Assembly: GCF_006345805.1 (NCBI RefSeq)
Contig: NC_043002.1
Location: forward strand, 54,870,001 to 54,934,000
From: Octopus sinensis
Taxonomy: Eukaryota
Reading direction: 5' to 3'
DNA length: 64,000 nucleotides
Shown: positions 26,130-39,721 of the stretch, in pieces
Layout of the letters: the number at the start of each line of letters is the position of its first letter
Position numbering within the stretch: the stretch's first letter is position 1
Program-made: the position numbers and the translations under genes
Notes under the pieces: model-generated
Told to the model about the DNA's origin: nothing
The model's input: the letters and a program-made list of their open reading frames with translations, nothing else
Databases searched by the model: none

Positions 26130-26425
26130 ATCCATTCAGACCAACCCCAAACCTTCGACAAGGTTGATCATCAATACTTGATCCCGGACATTTACAGCTG
26201 GATCACATCATCACACTGTGACGTCTGTTCGGAGGTCAGAGTAACTGGGTGATGAGGTCTCGTTTTGTTAACGGTACCTTTTATCATGACCTTGGACTCT
26301 TGGTTGTTGGCTCTTGAGCCGTTGTGGCCATTTCTGTGTATTAGAGGGATGAAAAGATTTCTCGCTCGAACTGGCGCGTGCGGAGGCCGTGTCACTATAG
26401 GTGGATGACGGTAACGTCACTGAGA
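26130..26425 (+). pseudogene. Degenerate L1/Tx1-like reverse transcriptase fragment
   Basis: DQPQTFDKVDHQYL (D..KAFD.V.H motif), LLALEPL, VSL*VDD (YADD relic) in the expected order. Confidence 0.65.
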
Positions 26426-27659
26426 TGGACATACCGAAAATCAAGGAATTTAGTGCCACACTGCAAAAAAAAAAAAAAAAAAATCCCCCAAGACAGAACA
26501 AAACGAAATGGTAAAAGAGAACACATTCACCATCACAAATAAGCGGGCATGTAGTTTTAGTAACTTAGACAACATCGGGTTTCATTGGTCCCTCATATAA
26601 ATCTCTCTCGCTCCATATACTATATAAAAAGGATTGTTGATCTTTCATCGGAGTTTCATAAAACCGGTTTTCTGGATTCTGTGGTGTATAGATTTCCCCT
26701 TCCCTGGTCGGGACGCCGGTCCGTTTCAGGATAACTCATTTTTTGCCAACTGAGTGGCCAGGAGCAACGCGAAATGAAATGCTTTGCTCAAGAACACGAT
26801 GCATCGCCTAATCCAGAAATCGAAAGCACACACATACACATGGGTGAATTGTAGATGTAATTGGAAAGGTAAAGCATTGACACACACACACACACACCTG
26901 CCTAGGAATTACGTTCAAGGTACAATCTTTGTAAAATTCCTAGCCGCTTACATATCAATTCAATTTGCAGGTTATTCAGTTTATTGCACTACTGAATCCA
27001 CGTCGTCGTCGGACGACGGAGATCCATCGATCCGTATCAAAAAAAATAGAGAGAGACGCTATATGTTGAGGTGAAAGGAATAAGAAATTTGAGACAATAG
27101 TGGAACAGCAATTGGGTAAGGAGTGGCGCAGAGCGTCACGAATCATTTGTTCAGGTGTCTCATTCTCACAGACCAGCCGCTCTCAGCGCTGTCACAAACA
27201 GAAACTGATATATATAGGCATATATATACAGCATTATACATCCTACATAATCCATTATTTAACTGAGTTGATGTTTTATAACTGCCTTACCAACATCTAT
27301 TTTATATATATTTTTCCTGTATTTATCTTTTAGTTAATTTATTTATCTTTTTATTGTGTCATAGGAGGCGGGATAGTGCCCCACCTCCGAACATATTATC
27401 ACACACACACACACACACACACACGTGTGTGTGTGCATAGGTACAGCTACATATATTTTTATCGATGTATGTGTGTCTGTATGCATATATATTTATATAT
27501 GTATACTTGTGTGTGTGTATATATATATAGACACACACACACATGTGTAAATATGTATATATTTATACATGTGTGTATTTATATATACGTGTGTGTATGC
27601 ATGTGTGTGTGTACGTATCGAAGTATATAAAAATGAACTTTGTACTGTTTTCACGTTTA

Positions 27660-27697
<38 letters not shown>

Positions 27698-27768
27698 CAT
27701 CTCCATCTGTATCTCTGTCTCTCTCTCATCCGCCTCTATTTCTTTCTCTCTCCTCCATTTAAAATCTC

Positions 27769-27799
<31 letters not shown>

Positions 27800-27974
27800 G
27801 CCTTCTTCAATTATCTCCTTATATAAATCTCTCTCTCTCTCTCTTTGTTCTATAGATTTAGCAACTTTCAAAAATGACTGCATTATAAAAGCCGATTGTC
27901 TCTCTTGTCCATGTCTGTTGTGTATGCAGGAGAACAGAAGCACGTATATTGACATATATAGATTATCCCCTGCA

Positions 27975-28158
27975 TGTTTCAGTCGGCAGACTGCGGCCAT
28001 GCTGGGGCACCGCCTTGAAGAATTTTTTGGTCGAACGAATCAACCCCCTGCTTGTATTTGAAAGCCTGGTACTTATTCTGTTGGTCACTTTTTACCGAAA
28101 CGCTAAGTTACGGGGAGGTAAACACACCAACACCGGTTGTGAAGCGGTGTTGGGACAC
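27975..28158 (-). mobile_element. SINE family A, 3' half
   Basis: gactgcggccatgctggggcaccgcc tail. Confidence 0.85.
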
Positions 28159-28235
28159 ACACACATACATACACACGTGCGCGCTCACACACAGAGAGAG
28201 TAAGATGTTGATGCATTTATATGTATATATACATC

Positions 28236-28282
<47 letters not shown>

Positions 28283-28292
28283 CTATATATAT

Positions 28293-28365
<73 letters not shown>

Positions 28366-28578
28366 CAAAGGGGCTAAACACAGAGGGGGCAAACAAGGAC
28401 AGACAAACGGATTAAGTCGATTACATCGACCCCAGAGCGTAACTGGTACTTAATTTATCGACCCCGAAAGGATGAAAGGCAAAGTAGACCTCGGCGGAAT
28501 TTGAACTCAGAACGTAACGGCAGATGAAATACGGCTACGCATTTCGCCCGGCGTGCTAACGTTTCAACCAATTCGCCG

Positions 28579-28582
<4 letters not shown>
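28366..28582 (-). mobile_element. SINE family B (B1 tail)
   Basis: Head, central domain and aaggggctaaacacagagggg tail. Confidence 0.95.
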
Positions 28583-28616
<34 letters not shown>

Positions 28617-28734
28617 GTATGCAATTGTGTGTGTGTATGTGTGCTACGTATATCTATATTTATACATGGATGTGTCCACACACGGGGCTCGTAAACGGGT
28701 GGGTTTGTTGTTGAACGGATACATTTGTCTAGGG

Positions 28735-28935
28735 CAGTGGTTTTCAACCAGGGTTCCGCCAGTACAGTCCAGGGGTTCCGCAAGAAGTTACAAAACTGCT
28801 AAAATCGGCAGTAATTTTTAATTCTCCTGTGCAGATATGTGTGCATAAGACTATTAAATTATTGCACAGGGGTTCCTCGAGCCAGTGGAATGTTTCGTTG
28901 GGGTTCCGCTCCAGCAAAAAGTTTGAAAAGCACTA
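28735..28935. mobile_element. hAT (Charlie/Buster-type) MITE
   Basis: TIR cagtggttttcaacc / gtttgaaaagcacta; exact 8-bp TSD gtctaggg (28727-28734, 28936-28943) with central TA. Confidence 0.9.
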
Positions 28936-29515
28936 GTCTAGGGCATAAAATTTCCGGAATGGACTTGTCAGAAACTACTGACCGGGGCAGTGGTTAGTGG
29001 ATCCCCTACACCAGTGGTCCCCAACCTTTTCAATACCAAGGACCACTTTTATTTGAATGAATTGTCCCGCGGACCTTTTTTAATATGCTTATCATTATGC
29101 ATACGCACGTTCGTACATACGTACATACATACATACATGCATGAAATTTTGAATTTAATCCCCCCTCCCCAGTACTACCTTTGGGATATATTGTCCTACA
29201 CCTTTTTTATGGTATTCGATGGCAATCTAATTCCGTCTTGCAAAATTTCTCATGGGATGTTCTCTGCCTGTACGTGTTTGGAGAGGCGCAGGAGAAGGCA
29301 GAACATGGATTCGATCTCACTAACTCGTCGACTTTATCGTTAATTGGTTTGGTAGGAATATTTATTATTTAGAAAACTAAATACAAGATTAATAGAAACA
29401 TTTCGATATTCAAATCTCGAATTTCTTTACCATTATCCAAAACTCTTCGATCCAGCGTGCATAAACTCTCTCTCTCATATACACACTGTCCCTCTCCTTC
29501 CCTCTCTCCGCTCTC

Positions 29516-29553
<38 letters not shown>

Positions 29554-29696
29554 CAGTCTATCACCCTCCTGCCACTGCGAAAGCATCAAATCGCGTTGCC
29601 TGTCTTAATTGTGGGTATGTGTGCGATCTCCTTTTACTCTGTGTATACATTCATATAAATATATAAGAATTTATCGTTGTATAAATATATATATAT

Positions 29697-29928
29697 ATTT
29701 CTTTAGTACCCACAAGGGGCTAAACACAGAGGGGACAAACAAGGACAGACAAAGGGATTAAGTCGATTACATCGACCCCAGTGCGTAACTGGTACTTAAT
29801 TTATCGACCCCGAAAGGATGAAAGGCAAAGTCGACCTCGGCGGAATTTGAACTCGGAACGTAACGACAGACGAAATACGGTTACGCAGGTCGCCCGGCGT
29901 GCTAACGTTTCTGCCAGCTCGCCACCTT
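29697..29928 (-). mobile_element. SINE family B, full length (B1 tail)
   Basis: Well-preserved copy. Confidence 0.95.
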
Positions 29929-30064
29929 ACATACACACACGTACACATGCGTATGTATATACGTATGTTTTGAATCTATATATATATGTGTGTATTTTAT
30001 ATCTGTATCAGTTGAAACCCTAGACATTACTCAATAATTATTTGTGTTCGTGTGATATATGTAG

Positions 30065-30128
<64 letters not shown>

Positions 30129-30638
30129 CACACATATATATATATATACACACACACACACGTGATTCCTTTGCACAGCAACCGGTGAATACCCAGCTAT
30201 TTATCAATATCATCCTGCTCCTAGTTACCCCATCAACAACCAACATAATCACAGTAAGAAGGATAAATGCAAACAACAAGATCTATCGACATCATGAAAA
30301 TCATAATAACTTGGAAAAAAAACAAAAAAAACAAGAAAGCCGTAGAGATACAGTTTTCCACTTGATCTCTCTCTCTCTTTCTCTCTTTTTTTTTTTTTTT
30401 TGAAAGAAGTGAAGCCTTCTGCAATAATAACATCAACAACAATAGTAAGTAGAAGAAATAGAGAGAGAGAAAAAAAAAAGATGGGGAGGTGGAGGGAGTG
30501 GATGAATCGTACCGAGTGGCTCTTTCATCTTGTCAGCCTTACTGCTTGTTACAATAGTGAGAGGCTACTGGGTGCTGTCGTGTATTTAAATATGTCGTTG
30601 ACGCCAATACAAGTCGAAAATCTGTGTATGTGTCAGTT

Positions 30639-30674
<36 letters not shown>

Positions 30675-31104
30675 AGTGTACACACACACACACACACGCA
30701 CAGTCACACACGCATACACACGTACGCATTTTTCTCTCTGACACGTTATAAACTCTCTCTCTAACACGCACAGATTCTCTCTCCACTTTCCTCTCATTTA
30801 TCTCCCTTTCGTTCTCTCCTCCCCCTCTGTCTCTCTCTCTCTCTATCGCTCACTCTTTAATGGTCCTGTTTCATGGTCTCTTTCTCTCATTCAATTTCTT
30901 CATTTCCTCCACCTTTGCCCCTTCTCCCTCTTTTCATTTCCCCCATTCCTCCTCCTCTATCACATACTAATTCTCTCCCTCTCGACGCTATCTTCCATTC
31001 TCATTCTCACTTTCTACTTCGCTCTACTCAACAACGCATTCTCTCTCTTCTATAATAGACGTCTCTGTCTACACGGTGCTTCGCTTCTACTTCTCTCTCT
31101 CTCT

Positions 31105-31178
<74 letters not shown>

Positions 31179-31544
31179 CTTTACCCGTCTGTATATCTCT
31201 GTCTGTCTTAATATCATGTCTGTTTCTCACTTTCTTTCTCTACCCGTCTGTATCTCTCTCTATCGATCTGTTTGCCTGTTTATCGATCCGTCTGCCTGTC
31301 TATCGATCTGTCTGTCTCTTTCTTGCTCGCAATGTGTGGCGCTGGTAAAAACGCAATTAGATTCTTAATCGCGACTCTTTGGGCAAAGGCATTTGCAATA
31401 TAGCATTAGCTCTTTCAATGCCTTGCATTTATCTTGGTGGACCTAGAACTGCAGAAAACCGTAACACACACACACACGTAGAGTTGGTGCGCCGGACAAA
31501 ATATTCAGTTTATGGAGTTATATCCCGTTACATAGATGTGGTCA

Positions 31545-31761
31545 TTCTTTTCTACTTCTAGGCACAAGCTCGAAATTTTTGGGGGAGGGGGCCAGTCGAA
31601 TAGATCGACTCCAGTACGCAACTGGTATTTAATTTATCGACCCCCGAAAGGATGGAAGGCAAAGTCAACCTCGGCGGAATTTGAACTCAGAACATAAAAA
31701 TAGACGAAATAACGCTAAGCATTTCGCCCAGTGTGCTACCGTTTCCGCCAGCTCGCCGTCT
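31545..31761 (-). mobile_element. SINE family B, full length (B2 tail)
   Basis: Well-preserved copy. Confidence 0.95.
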
Positions 31762-32267
31762 TATAGACGTGGTCATTCGTTAAATAAATTTCCATAAAAT
31801 ACTGGAATCGATACAAAATCAATCAAAGCCATTAGGACGTGTCGTTGCATTTGAATGGCTGAAAGTTGTAAAAAAAAAAAATTAGGAAAATGTCGAACGA
31901 GACACATCTCTCTCTGGGAGGGAGGGGAAGAAGATAGGAGAGGGAGAACAGGAGGAGGAGACGGTGAATAGGAGGGGGAGATGGTGAGTAAATGGGTGGT
32001 AGGAAAGTAGGAGGGATAGTGAGAGAGAGGAGGGGAATTTGACACTTTATAGCATTGCGCGCGCTGGCTTCAATAACTAAAATCATGGAGAGTGACACAA
32101 AAACAAAAATAAAGATATACAGGCATTTTGTTGGTCATCTATCATGCAGTGGATGCCACCACCACCACCACTAGTACTACCACCACCACCACCACTAGTA
32201 CTACCACCACCACCACTACTACTACTACTGCTACTACTACTATGGCGGCGAGCTGGCAGAATCGTTA

Positions 32268-32546
32268 GGACCGTGGACCGGTGCTGGTCCGCGAGTCATC
32301 AGCTGCCGGTCCGCGGCAAGTTTCCAGAAAAGAAAGAAACCTTATAAAATGTTTATGTAATTTTGTATTATTTGTTTACAAAATAAATAAAAGATAAAAA
32401 AAGAAATTGTCATCTTTTAGTATATTCATTATATATATATATTGTTTCCGGCATAAATTAATATTACAAAGAAATATTACCAAACCCTGGCACATTGGAA
32501 AAAAAAAACTTCCGTTACGTCACATCAGATAGTTTGAGAAGCACTG
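32268..32546 (-). mobile_element. hAT-like MITE (same family as 12626-12912)
   Basis: Ends agtttgagaagcactg; internal sequence is the reverse complement of 12626-12912. Confidence 0.8.
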
Positions 32547-32642
32547 GTCTAGAGTATAAATAATAATTATAACAATATAGAATATGGAGACTTGTTCATC
32601 CCCAGAATTTATTTCCTCCTATTTTTTTCAATTTTATGCGGC

Positions 32643-32888
32643 ATATTTTTATGGTCTTTATGACCTATAGGTGTTTCCATTGCACAGATTACAGGGAGTT
32701 GTAGATGCAACATGGCACGATTTTCAGTGCAGCTTATTCAGGGTTATATCCATTTAGCTCGCTTCGAAACTAGCCAAATGGATGGGCTCTGAAGAAGCTG
32801 CACCAAAAATTGTACCAGGTTGCATCTGCAACTACCCGTAAGCTGTGCAGTTGAAACACGTGTATGTCATAAAGACCATAAAAAATAT
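32643..32888. mobile_element. Diverged zero-loop palindrome (family H5) with extended-stem-II HHR on each strand
   Basis: ~120-bp arms, roughly 80% identical by eye, centred on ttcgaa 32763-32768; right end runs into (TA)n. Confidence 0.8.
32784..32869 (+). ncRNA. Type-I hammerhead ribozyme motif with long stem II
   Basis: CUGAAGA (32789-32795), AGCUGCAC...GUGCAGUU stem II with inner GUUGCA/UGCAAC hairpin, GAAA (32853-32856), palindromic ACACGUGU stem III, GUA; stem I decayed (consensus of both arms UGACC/GGUCA). Confidence 0.7.
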
Positions 32889-33233
32889 ATATATATATGT
32901 ATATATATATAAGATGTATGCACACCAGGGATGTGCCTACCTTGAATAAAATATATCGATAGCAACATTTTCCTTTTATGGCAAAATATACCCCTAATTC
33001 AATAAAATTATGAAGATTACTATGCATAAAATGCAAATTTAATTTTTTTTTTTTTGTAGATTAAGTAGGCATAATTCGCCCCTGCTTCTCAATCTCAGTA
33101 TTTAAGCTATGCAGAGTAGACGTAGTACACGTGCTGCGCACATTCCTACAACAACGTGTTTCGCATTTTTTTTTGGGTTTTTCTATATAAATGTCACCAA
33201 CTGCCTACCCTGAGTAATTACTGACGGCACGTG

Positions 33234-33282
<49 letters not shown>

Positions 33283-33297
<15 letters not shown>

Positions 33298-33486
33298 CTG
33301 TGTTTGTCCCCTCCCACTATCGCTTGACAAACGATGTTGGTGTGTTTACGTTCCCGTAACTTATCGGTTCGGCAAAAACTGACCGATAGAATAAGTACAA
33401 GGCTTACAAAGAATAAGTTTTGGGGTCGATTTCTTCGGTTAGAAGCGTTGCTCCAGCATGGCTGCAGTCAAACGACTGAAACAAAA
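33283..33486 (+). mobile_element. SINE family A, 3' half
   Basis: cgcttgacaa...ggttcggcaaa...ctccagcatggctgcagtc. Confidence 0.9.
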
Positions 33487-33679
33487 ACACACACACACAT
33501 AATATATATATATATATATATATTACAGGCTTTCCTTATACTCTCCGTCAAGTCAAATTCAGTCACAAGGCATTTTTTCCTAAGTTGCCGCACAATGGGA
33601 GTGAACTTGAGACCACACAGTTGCAAAGCAATCTTGTTAAGCGATGAAGTGAGTTCTCTCTCAAGGTTTTCCCTTTTAT

Positions 33680-34072
33680 GCTTTGGTCGTTTCAGTCATT
33701 TGACCGCGCCAATGCTGGGGCACCGCCTTGAAGAATTTACTTACTCTATCGTCCCTTTTGCCGAACCACTAAGTTACAGAGATGTAAGCACAACACCTAT
33801 TGCCAAGCGGAGACAAGCACAGATACAGACAAACACACACACACACGACATTATATATTTATACTCTTTTACAAATACACCAGCATCGGTTGTCAAGCGA
33901 TGTTGGGGGACAAACACAGACACACAAACATATACACACACATACATACATACACACAACCAAATCCACTCACAAGGCTATAGTAGAAGACATTTGCCCG
34001 AGGTGCCATGCAGTGGGGTCTGAACCTGGAATCATGTGGTTGGGAAGCAAGCTTCTTACCACACAGCCACTT
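33680..34072 (-). mobile_element. SINE family A (rearranged, middle duplicated)
   Basis: Tail and head present; tgtcaagcg segment occurs twice. Confidence 0.8.
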
Positions 34073-34989
34073 CTTGGGTCTCCTTCCCTGTTACTTCCCA
34101 GAACAGTTTGTAGTTGTGCGTATTGTAAAGAGGTTCACCTCCCACACAATGTATAAAGCTCAACTTCGATGATGTTCAGTTCGGTTCATACTTCAATTGT
34201 GACTTCAAATACGTCATAGGTGACTCATCCTTTTTTCCTTTATATTTTTTTTCTTTTACACATTTTACTGCCTTAAAGAAATGTTGCTGTATTGATATAA
34301 TTGGCGATGCTTTTCTGAACAATTAGTTTTATTCGCCACTGACCCACATCTATTTTCCGCTTGCGCTTTTGCGGCGGCGGCGACGGCACCACCACCAACA
34401 CCAACACCGCTGATGATTGTATGTTTGTCTCAAAATATAGGGCAATGCATGTCTGAGTTACAGCATTTCTTTTGACTCTATGCGTTCTCAGTTCAAATCC
34501 CTTTCATCCTTTCGGGGCTGATAAAGTAAAATACCGGCCAATTGCTGGAGGGTCGGTGTAATAGACTTCTCCCCTCCCCTCAAAATTACTAGCCTTGTAC
34601 CTATAATAGGAAGGATTATTGTCCGGGTGGTAAATTAATAAAATCGTTAGCACGCCGGACAAAATACTTGGTGAAATTTCTTTCAACTTTTTACGTGCGA
34701 AGTTCAAATCTCGCTGAAGTGTACTTTGCCTTTCATCCTTTCAGGGCCGATAAAATAGAGTACCAGTCAATAATTGGGGACCGGGATCATCTGTATCCCT
34801 ATAATGTAGTGAATGGCATTAAAACTTGGAAAAATTCTTCTTGGAAGCATTACACTAAGATGATCCCTGGCTGGATTTGAACCCGTCACTAGATATTTCA
34901 CAGTATTTTGTCCCCTCTCCAACCAATTCTGCCAAATTCGCTAATCCTAATTCTTCAAGAATAAATCCAGTTCACCAGAGTTTCTTTCT

Positions 34990-35428
34990 TTTCTTTTTTA
35001 CTCGCTTCGGTCATTGGACTGCAGCCATGCTGGGGCACTGCCTTGAATTTTTAGTCGAACGAATCGACACCAGTATTTATTTATTTTTCTAAAGCCTGGC
35101 ATTTATTCTTTCGGTCTCTTTTGCCGAACCGCTATGTTACGGGGACCTAAAAAGAAATCAACACCGGTTGTCAAGCGGTGGTGGGGGACACACAAGTACA
35201 AAGACCACACACACCTCGTGTATGTGTGTGTACGCACGCACACTCACACACACACACACACACACACACAAGACAGGTTTCTTTCGGTTGCCGTCTACCA
35301 AATCCATTTAAAGGGCGTTGGTCGGCCCAAGGCTATAGTAGGAGACACTTGCCCAAGGTGCCATGCAGTGGGACTGAACTCGGAACCATATGGTTAGAAA
35401 GCAAGCTTCTTACCATACAGCCACGCCT
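34990..35428 (-). mobile_element. SINE family A, full length
   Basis: Well-preserved reverse copy. Confidence 0.95.
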
Positions 35429-35581
35429 GGATCTATTTCGTTTATTTATATTTACTAAATAAACCCAGTTTATTGTTAGCGTGTGATATTACAATAACCG
35501 ACTTGGGACAGATTTGGGAATAAAAGTTTCACTTCACATCGCTTTTGATCTACAGCAGCTAACTTTTTAATTAGAAGTCAA

Positions 35582-35653
<72 letters not shown>

Positions 35654-35689
35654 ACCCGTTCTGTAAGAAAAATAAAGAGGGAGGATGGG

Positions 35690-35835
35690 GATGCGGAGGG
35701 CGAGAAATCGGTGACTTCCGGTACATCGAATATTTGATTGTCGAGGTAAAAGGACGGATTGCAGGTAAAAAGATGAGGACGGTTTCGCTTCCTTTGTTCT
35801 GGGGAAACCGGAAGTCGGTAATTTTGTATCAAATC
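35690..35835. promoter_or_regulatory. Candidate promoter/enhancer with two inverted ETS sites
   Basis: acttccgg 35714-35721 and ccggaagt 35808-35815 in a CpG-retaining non-repeat patch beside a long (CT)n tract. Confidence 0.3.
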
Positions 35836-36424
35836 GACGGAGTGTTGTATATTTAACCTATGCTCTGTGTGTGTGTGTGTGTGTGTGTGTACGTATGTAT
35901 GTGCGTTAGTGGTCGGTCGTAGAGTAAACACCTCGGGTTCACCGCTGGAGTCAACCAAAATGTGTCATGGTTGACTCTCATTGAGTCATTTTCCTCACTT
36001 TTGTTGTTATTTGTGGTATTTGGCTTCCTTCCACAGTTTTATACAAAGGCGCGCGCACACGCACACACGAATGCACGCGCAGGTTCTGAAGCGTAGCTGT
36101 GTGGTTAAGTCTGTTTCAAAATCAAGTAGCTTTGGGTTTGATCCCACTGCGTGACAACTTCATAGCGATTGTCTTCTGGTGTAGTCATGAGCTGCCGGTA
36201 CCTTGTGATTAACAATGATGATGATGATGATGATAATAATAATATAATAATAATAATAATAATGATTTCATTTATTTGCCTCAAGGGCGATGGCTGAGGG
36301 GGACAATACAGAGACAAACATAAAGTGTGGAGGTTCACGTATAATAATGAAATGATAAAAAAAGTGTACAGGGTATACACTGGAATCGAAGGGACATATA
36401 CATAGCATAGAAAGGTTTAATAAT

Positions 36425-36803
36425 AATGGTTTCAAATTTTGCCACAAGGGCACCAGTTTTGGGGGAAGGGATGAGTCAATTACATCGACCCCAGTCTTCA
36501 ACGCCGAAAAGATGAAAGGCAAAGTGAATCTCGGCGGAATTTGGACTCAGAACCGAACGGCGGGCGAAATACCTATTTCTTTATTACCCACAAGGGGCTA
36601 AACATAGAGGGGACAAACAAGGACAGACATAGGTATTAAGTCGATCACATTGACCCCAGTGCGAAACTGGTACTTTATTTATCGACCCCGAAAGGATGAA
36701 AGGCAAAGTCGACCTCGGCGGAATTTGAACTCAACGTAATGACAGACGAAATACCGTTAAGCATTTCTCCCGACGTGCTAACGTTTCTGCCAGCTCGCCG
36801 CCA
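36425..36803 (-). mobile_element. Dimeric SINE family B (B1 unit + headless B2 unit)
   Basis: Two central domains ~182 bp apart joined at aaagaaata|ggtatttcg (minus strand). Confidence 0.9.
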
Positions 36804-37489
36804 TAATAATAATAATAATAATAATAATAGGGATGTGGGCAGGAAGCTGGCAGAATTGTTAGTGTCGAAAAATTTACCTTGTGATATTTGTTCCTGCTTT
36901 TTATGCATTGAGTTCAAATCCTGTTTAGGTCAGCATAGCCTTTTATCCTCGAAAGAGTAAAGTACCAATCAAGTACTGGGGGTGGGTGATACCGCTAGCC
37001 CCTTCCCTACAAAATTACTGATCTTCTCCCGGAACGGAAACCATTATCGTCATCATCGATGATGATGATGATGATTTGAAAGAATTGGTGAGGGAGGTGT
37101 CCTAATGGTTTTTATCGATAACTTTTATATTACTGCGATTTGTTTTATCGATCCTGCATTATTAAAAGCTAAGTCGTCTCTGCTGCAGAATTGGAAGCTA
37201 GAAGAGTCAGTTTGCCCAATGACTGGCCCCAATGTGGGTCCTACAGACACGCCCCACCGCCTACTAAAGTGGGCGTTCAGATTGTAAAGGAGGCGTTATA
37301 AGACATTCTTTAAAAAGGGGCCATTGAGTATATTGTTAACCCCTGTACAACTTCCTGCGTTATTATTTTGTATATATTGCTGGTATTCACCCCCTCATAC
37401 ACCCCCCCCTCACACTTCTGGCAAATACTTCTAGAATGGAATGAGTTCAGGTGGAAGAATGTACAGGGCTTTGAAGGGCCTTAGAAATT

Positions 37490-37820
37490 CAGGCGTGGCT
37501 GTGTGGTAAGAAGTTTGTTTCCCAACCACATTATTTCAGGTTCAGTCCCTCCGCATGGTACCTTGGGAAAGTGTCTTCTACTATAACTTCGGGCCAGTCA
37601 AAGCCTTATGAGTGGATTTGGTCGATAGAAACTGACAGAAGCCCGTCATGTGTGTGTGTGTTTATGTCCTTGTAACGTAGCGATTCGACAGAAGAGATCG
37701 ATAGATTAAGTTCCATTCTTTTAAAAAAAAAGTGAGTATTGGGTGTTGATTCGTTCGACTAAAATTCTTCAAGGTTATGCTCCAGCATAGCCGTAGTGTA
37801 ATGAGTGATACAAGTAAAAA
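37490..37820 (+). mobile_element. SINE family A
   Basis: aggcgtggctgtgtggtaagaag head to ctccagcatagccgtag tail. Confidence 0.9.
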
Positions 37821-38179
37821 CAAAATCCCTATAATATGAAGTAAGCTGGCATCCTTTTCACTATTAAGTTTACTTGCAGCCGGTGTCCCTCGGTATTTTC
37901 TGTCCATCATTCATCTCTAGTCATCATCATGATACAGGAACGATGATGCAGTAGAGGCTGCTATAGAAAAATAATTTGGCGCAAGCAGCCCGTTTAGTGG
38001 TGACCTGCCAAAAAGAGGCCACCCTGCTCCGTCCCTCCTCCCTTCTCTCAGGCGTTCAGTCCCTATATTGTCTTCTTCCTGCTCTGATCAATCAATGGAA
38101 CCGGAAAGCTCAATGAAGATAAACTAATTTCTGTTGCTACCTTTATTACAGTATCGCGACATATATGACGAAAGTAGGA

Positions 38180-38370
38180 CGGCGAGTTGGCAGAATGGTT
38201 AGCGACGTCCGGCAAAATGCTTTGTGGCATTTCACACGTCTTCACGTTCCGAGTTCAAATTCCGCTGAGGTCGACTTTGCTTTTCAGGTACCAGTTAATA
38301 ATTAGGGTCGATGCTATCGACTTAACCCGCTTTTCCTAAACTTGCTGGCCTTGTGCCAAAATTTGAAACC
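38180..38370 (+). mobile_element. SINE family B (B2 tail)
   Basis: ggcgagttggcagaa head, gagttcaaattcc B-box. Confidence 0.9.
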
Positions 38371-38520
38371 AGTGTATAAGACGAAAGTGAGGGGCAACTT
38401 AAAATTTTCTCCTGCATCTGCTTTTCTGCGCACGCGTGCGCTCCCTCCTCCCGGTCACATATATGGGTGCAATTATAGTTTTCCTTTTTGGTAAAACATT
38501 GCACACGGCTGTCTATTAAC

Positions 38521-38551
<31 letters not shown>

Positions 38552-38659
38552 GCGCATATATGTATAAATATATAAGCTTAAGTATGCATGACATACAAAT
38601 CTCATTCATTGATACTGAAGTTCACGCGCACACACTACTTCATTGACACACATTAGCGC

Positions 38660-38690
<31 letters not shown>

Positions 38691-39102
38691 TTGACATACT
38701 AATGCCAGCACACCTGTTTATTCCGTCCTTATTTTATTTTGCTGTGTGTGCGTGTGTGTGTGTTGTTCGGTTCCACTTGAAATATTTCAGTACGTTCCAG
38801 AGCAGGACCCATCGAAAGCGTCTCAGTTCATCAACTTATCAAAAATGTCTACCACGTCATGTAGAGGAAGCTGCATGTGACAGACTAGCGTTCTCTCCAC
38901 TTGTACCGCAGACATTGTTTTCCGTCCGCTTAATAATAAAGAAACATTTCCTGAACTTTTCTCACCAGTGGTCTTATGTTCAATGTTTGTAACGATTTAC
39001 CACTGAGAGCATTTGAATCCAGACAGGCAGGTAACGGAGGTGGGAGTCATGGTGTCGTTAAGAAAATGCTCCTGCTTGGTTGTATCGCTGAATTGGATAC
39101 TT

Positions 39103-39266
39103 GATGGCAGAATCGTTGGCACGCCGGGCCAAATGCTTAGCGGTATTTCGTCCGTCTCTACGTTCTGGATTTAAATTCTGCCGAGGTCATCCTTATCATC
39201 AGTTGAGCACTGAGGTCAATGTAATCGACCACCCGAATCTCCCTAAATTTCAGGCCTTGTGCCTAT
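39103..39266 (+). mobile_element. SINE family B, internally deleted
   Basis: tggcagaatcgtt...ggccttgtgcct. Confidence 0.8.
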
Positions 39267-39721
39267 TAAATGTACAACCCTTCAACAAATTTAGTTTATA
39301 TAATATTTCGTTGATTTGTCATGGTAGCCATATATATTTATCCAGGGATGGGGAAGACTGCAACAGGAATTTTACTTGGCTAAACGGGATTTGCTTTCTG
39401 GCCCCGGGTGGTAGGGGACGATCGCTTCTTCAATTTCAAATGACCGTCAGACATATATTTTTTCTTTTAGTGCAGGGTCCCCTTCAGATATTTATTGTCT
39501 TGGTTCTTGCTTGTCTCGAATGAGCCCCGGATAGATGTATCAAGTGACCTATCTCTCCCATCTTGTACACCCTGGTCACATCTCGATATCATTGTGAAAA
39601 CTGCATCCCAAAGATTAGCTTTATTCTTCAGACCCACAAAATACACCAGACTTGATTTGTGATTCAGTTTTTACTAATATGATCCGTCTTCGATCATATT
39701 TCTATCTCTTCTCATTAAATA

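Noticed and set aside
35948-35985. miR-281-like sequence in a 10-bp hairpin
   Set aside because: Stem too short for a pre-miRNA and similarity only partial
39300-39660. Possible minus-strand LINE ORF1 relic or host exon
   Set aside because: Resemblance too weak; no diagnostic motif or convincing splice sites
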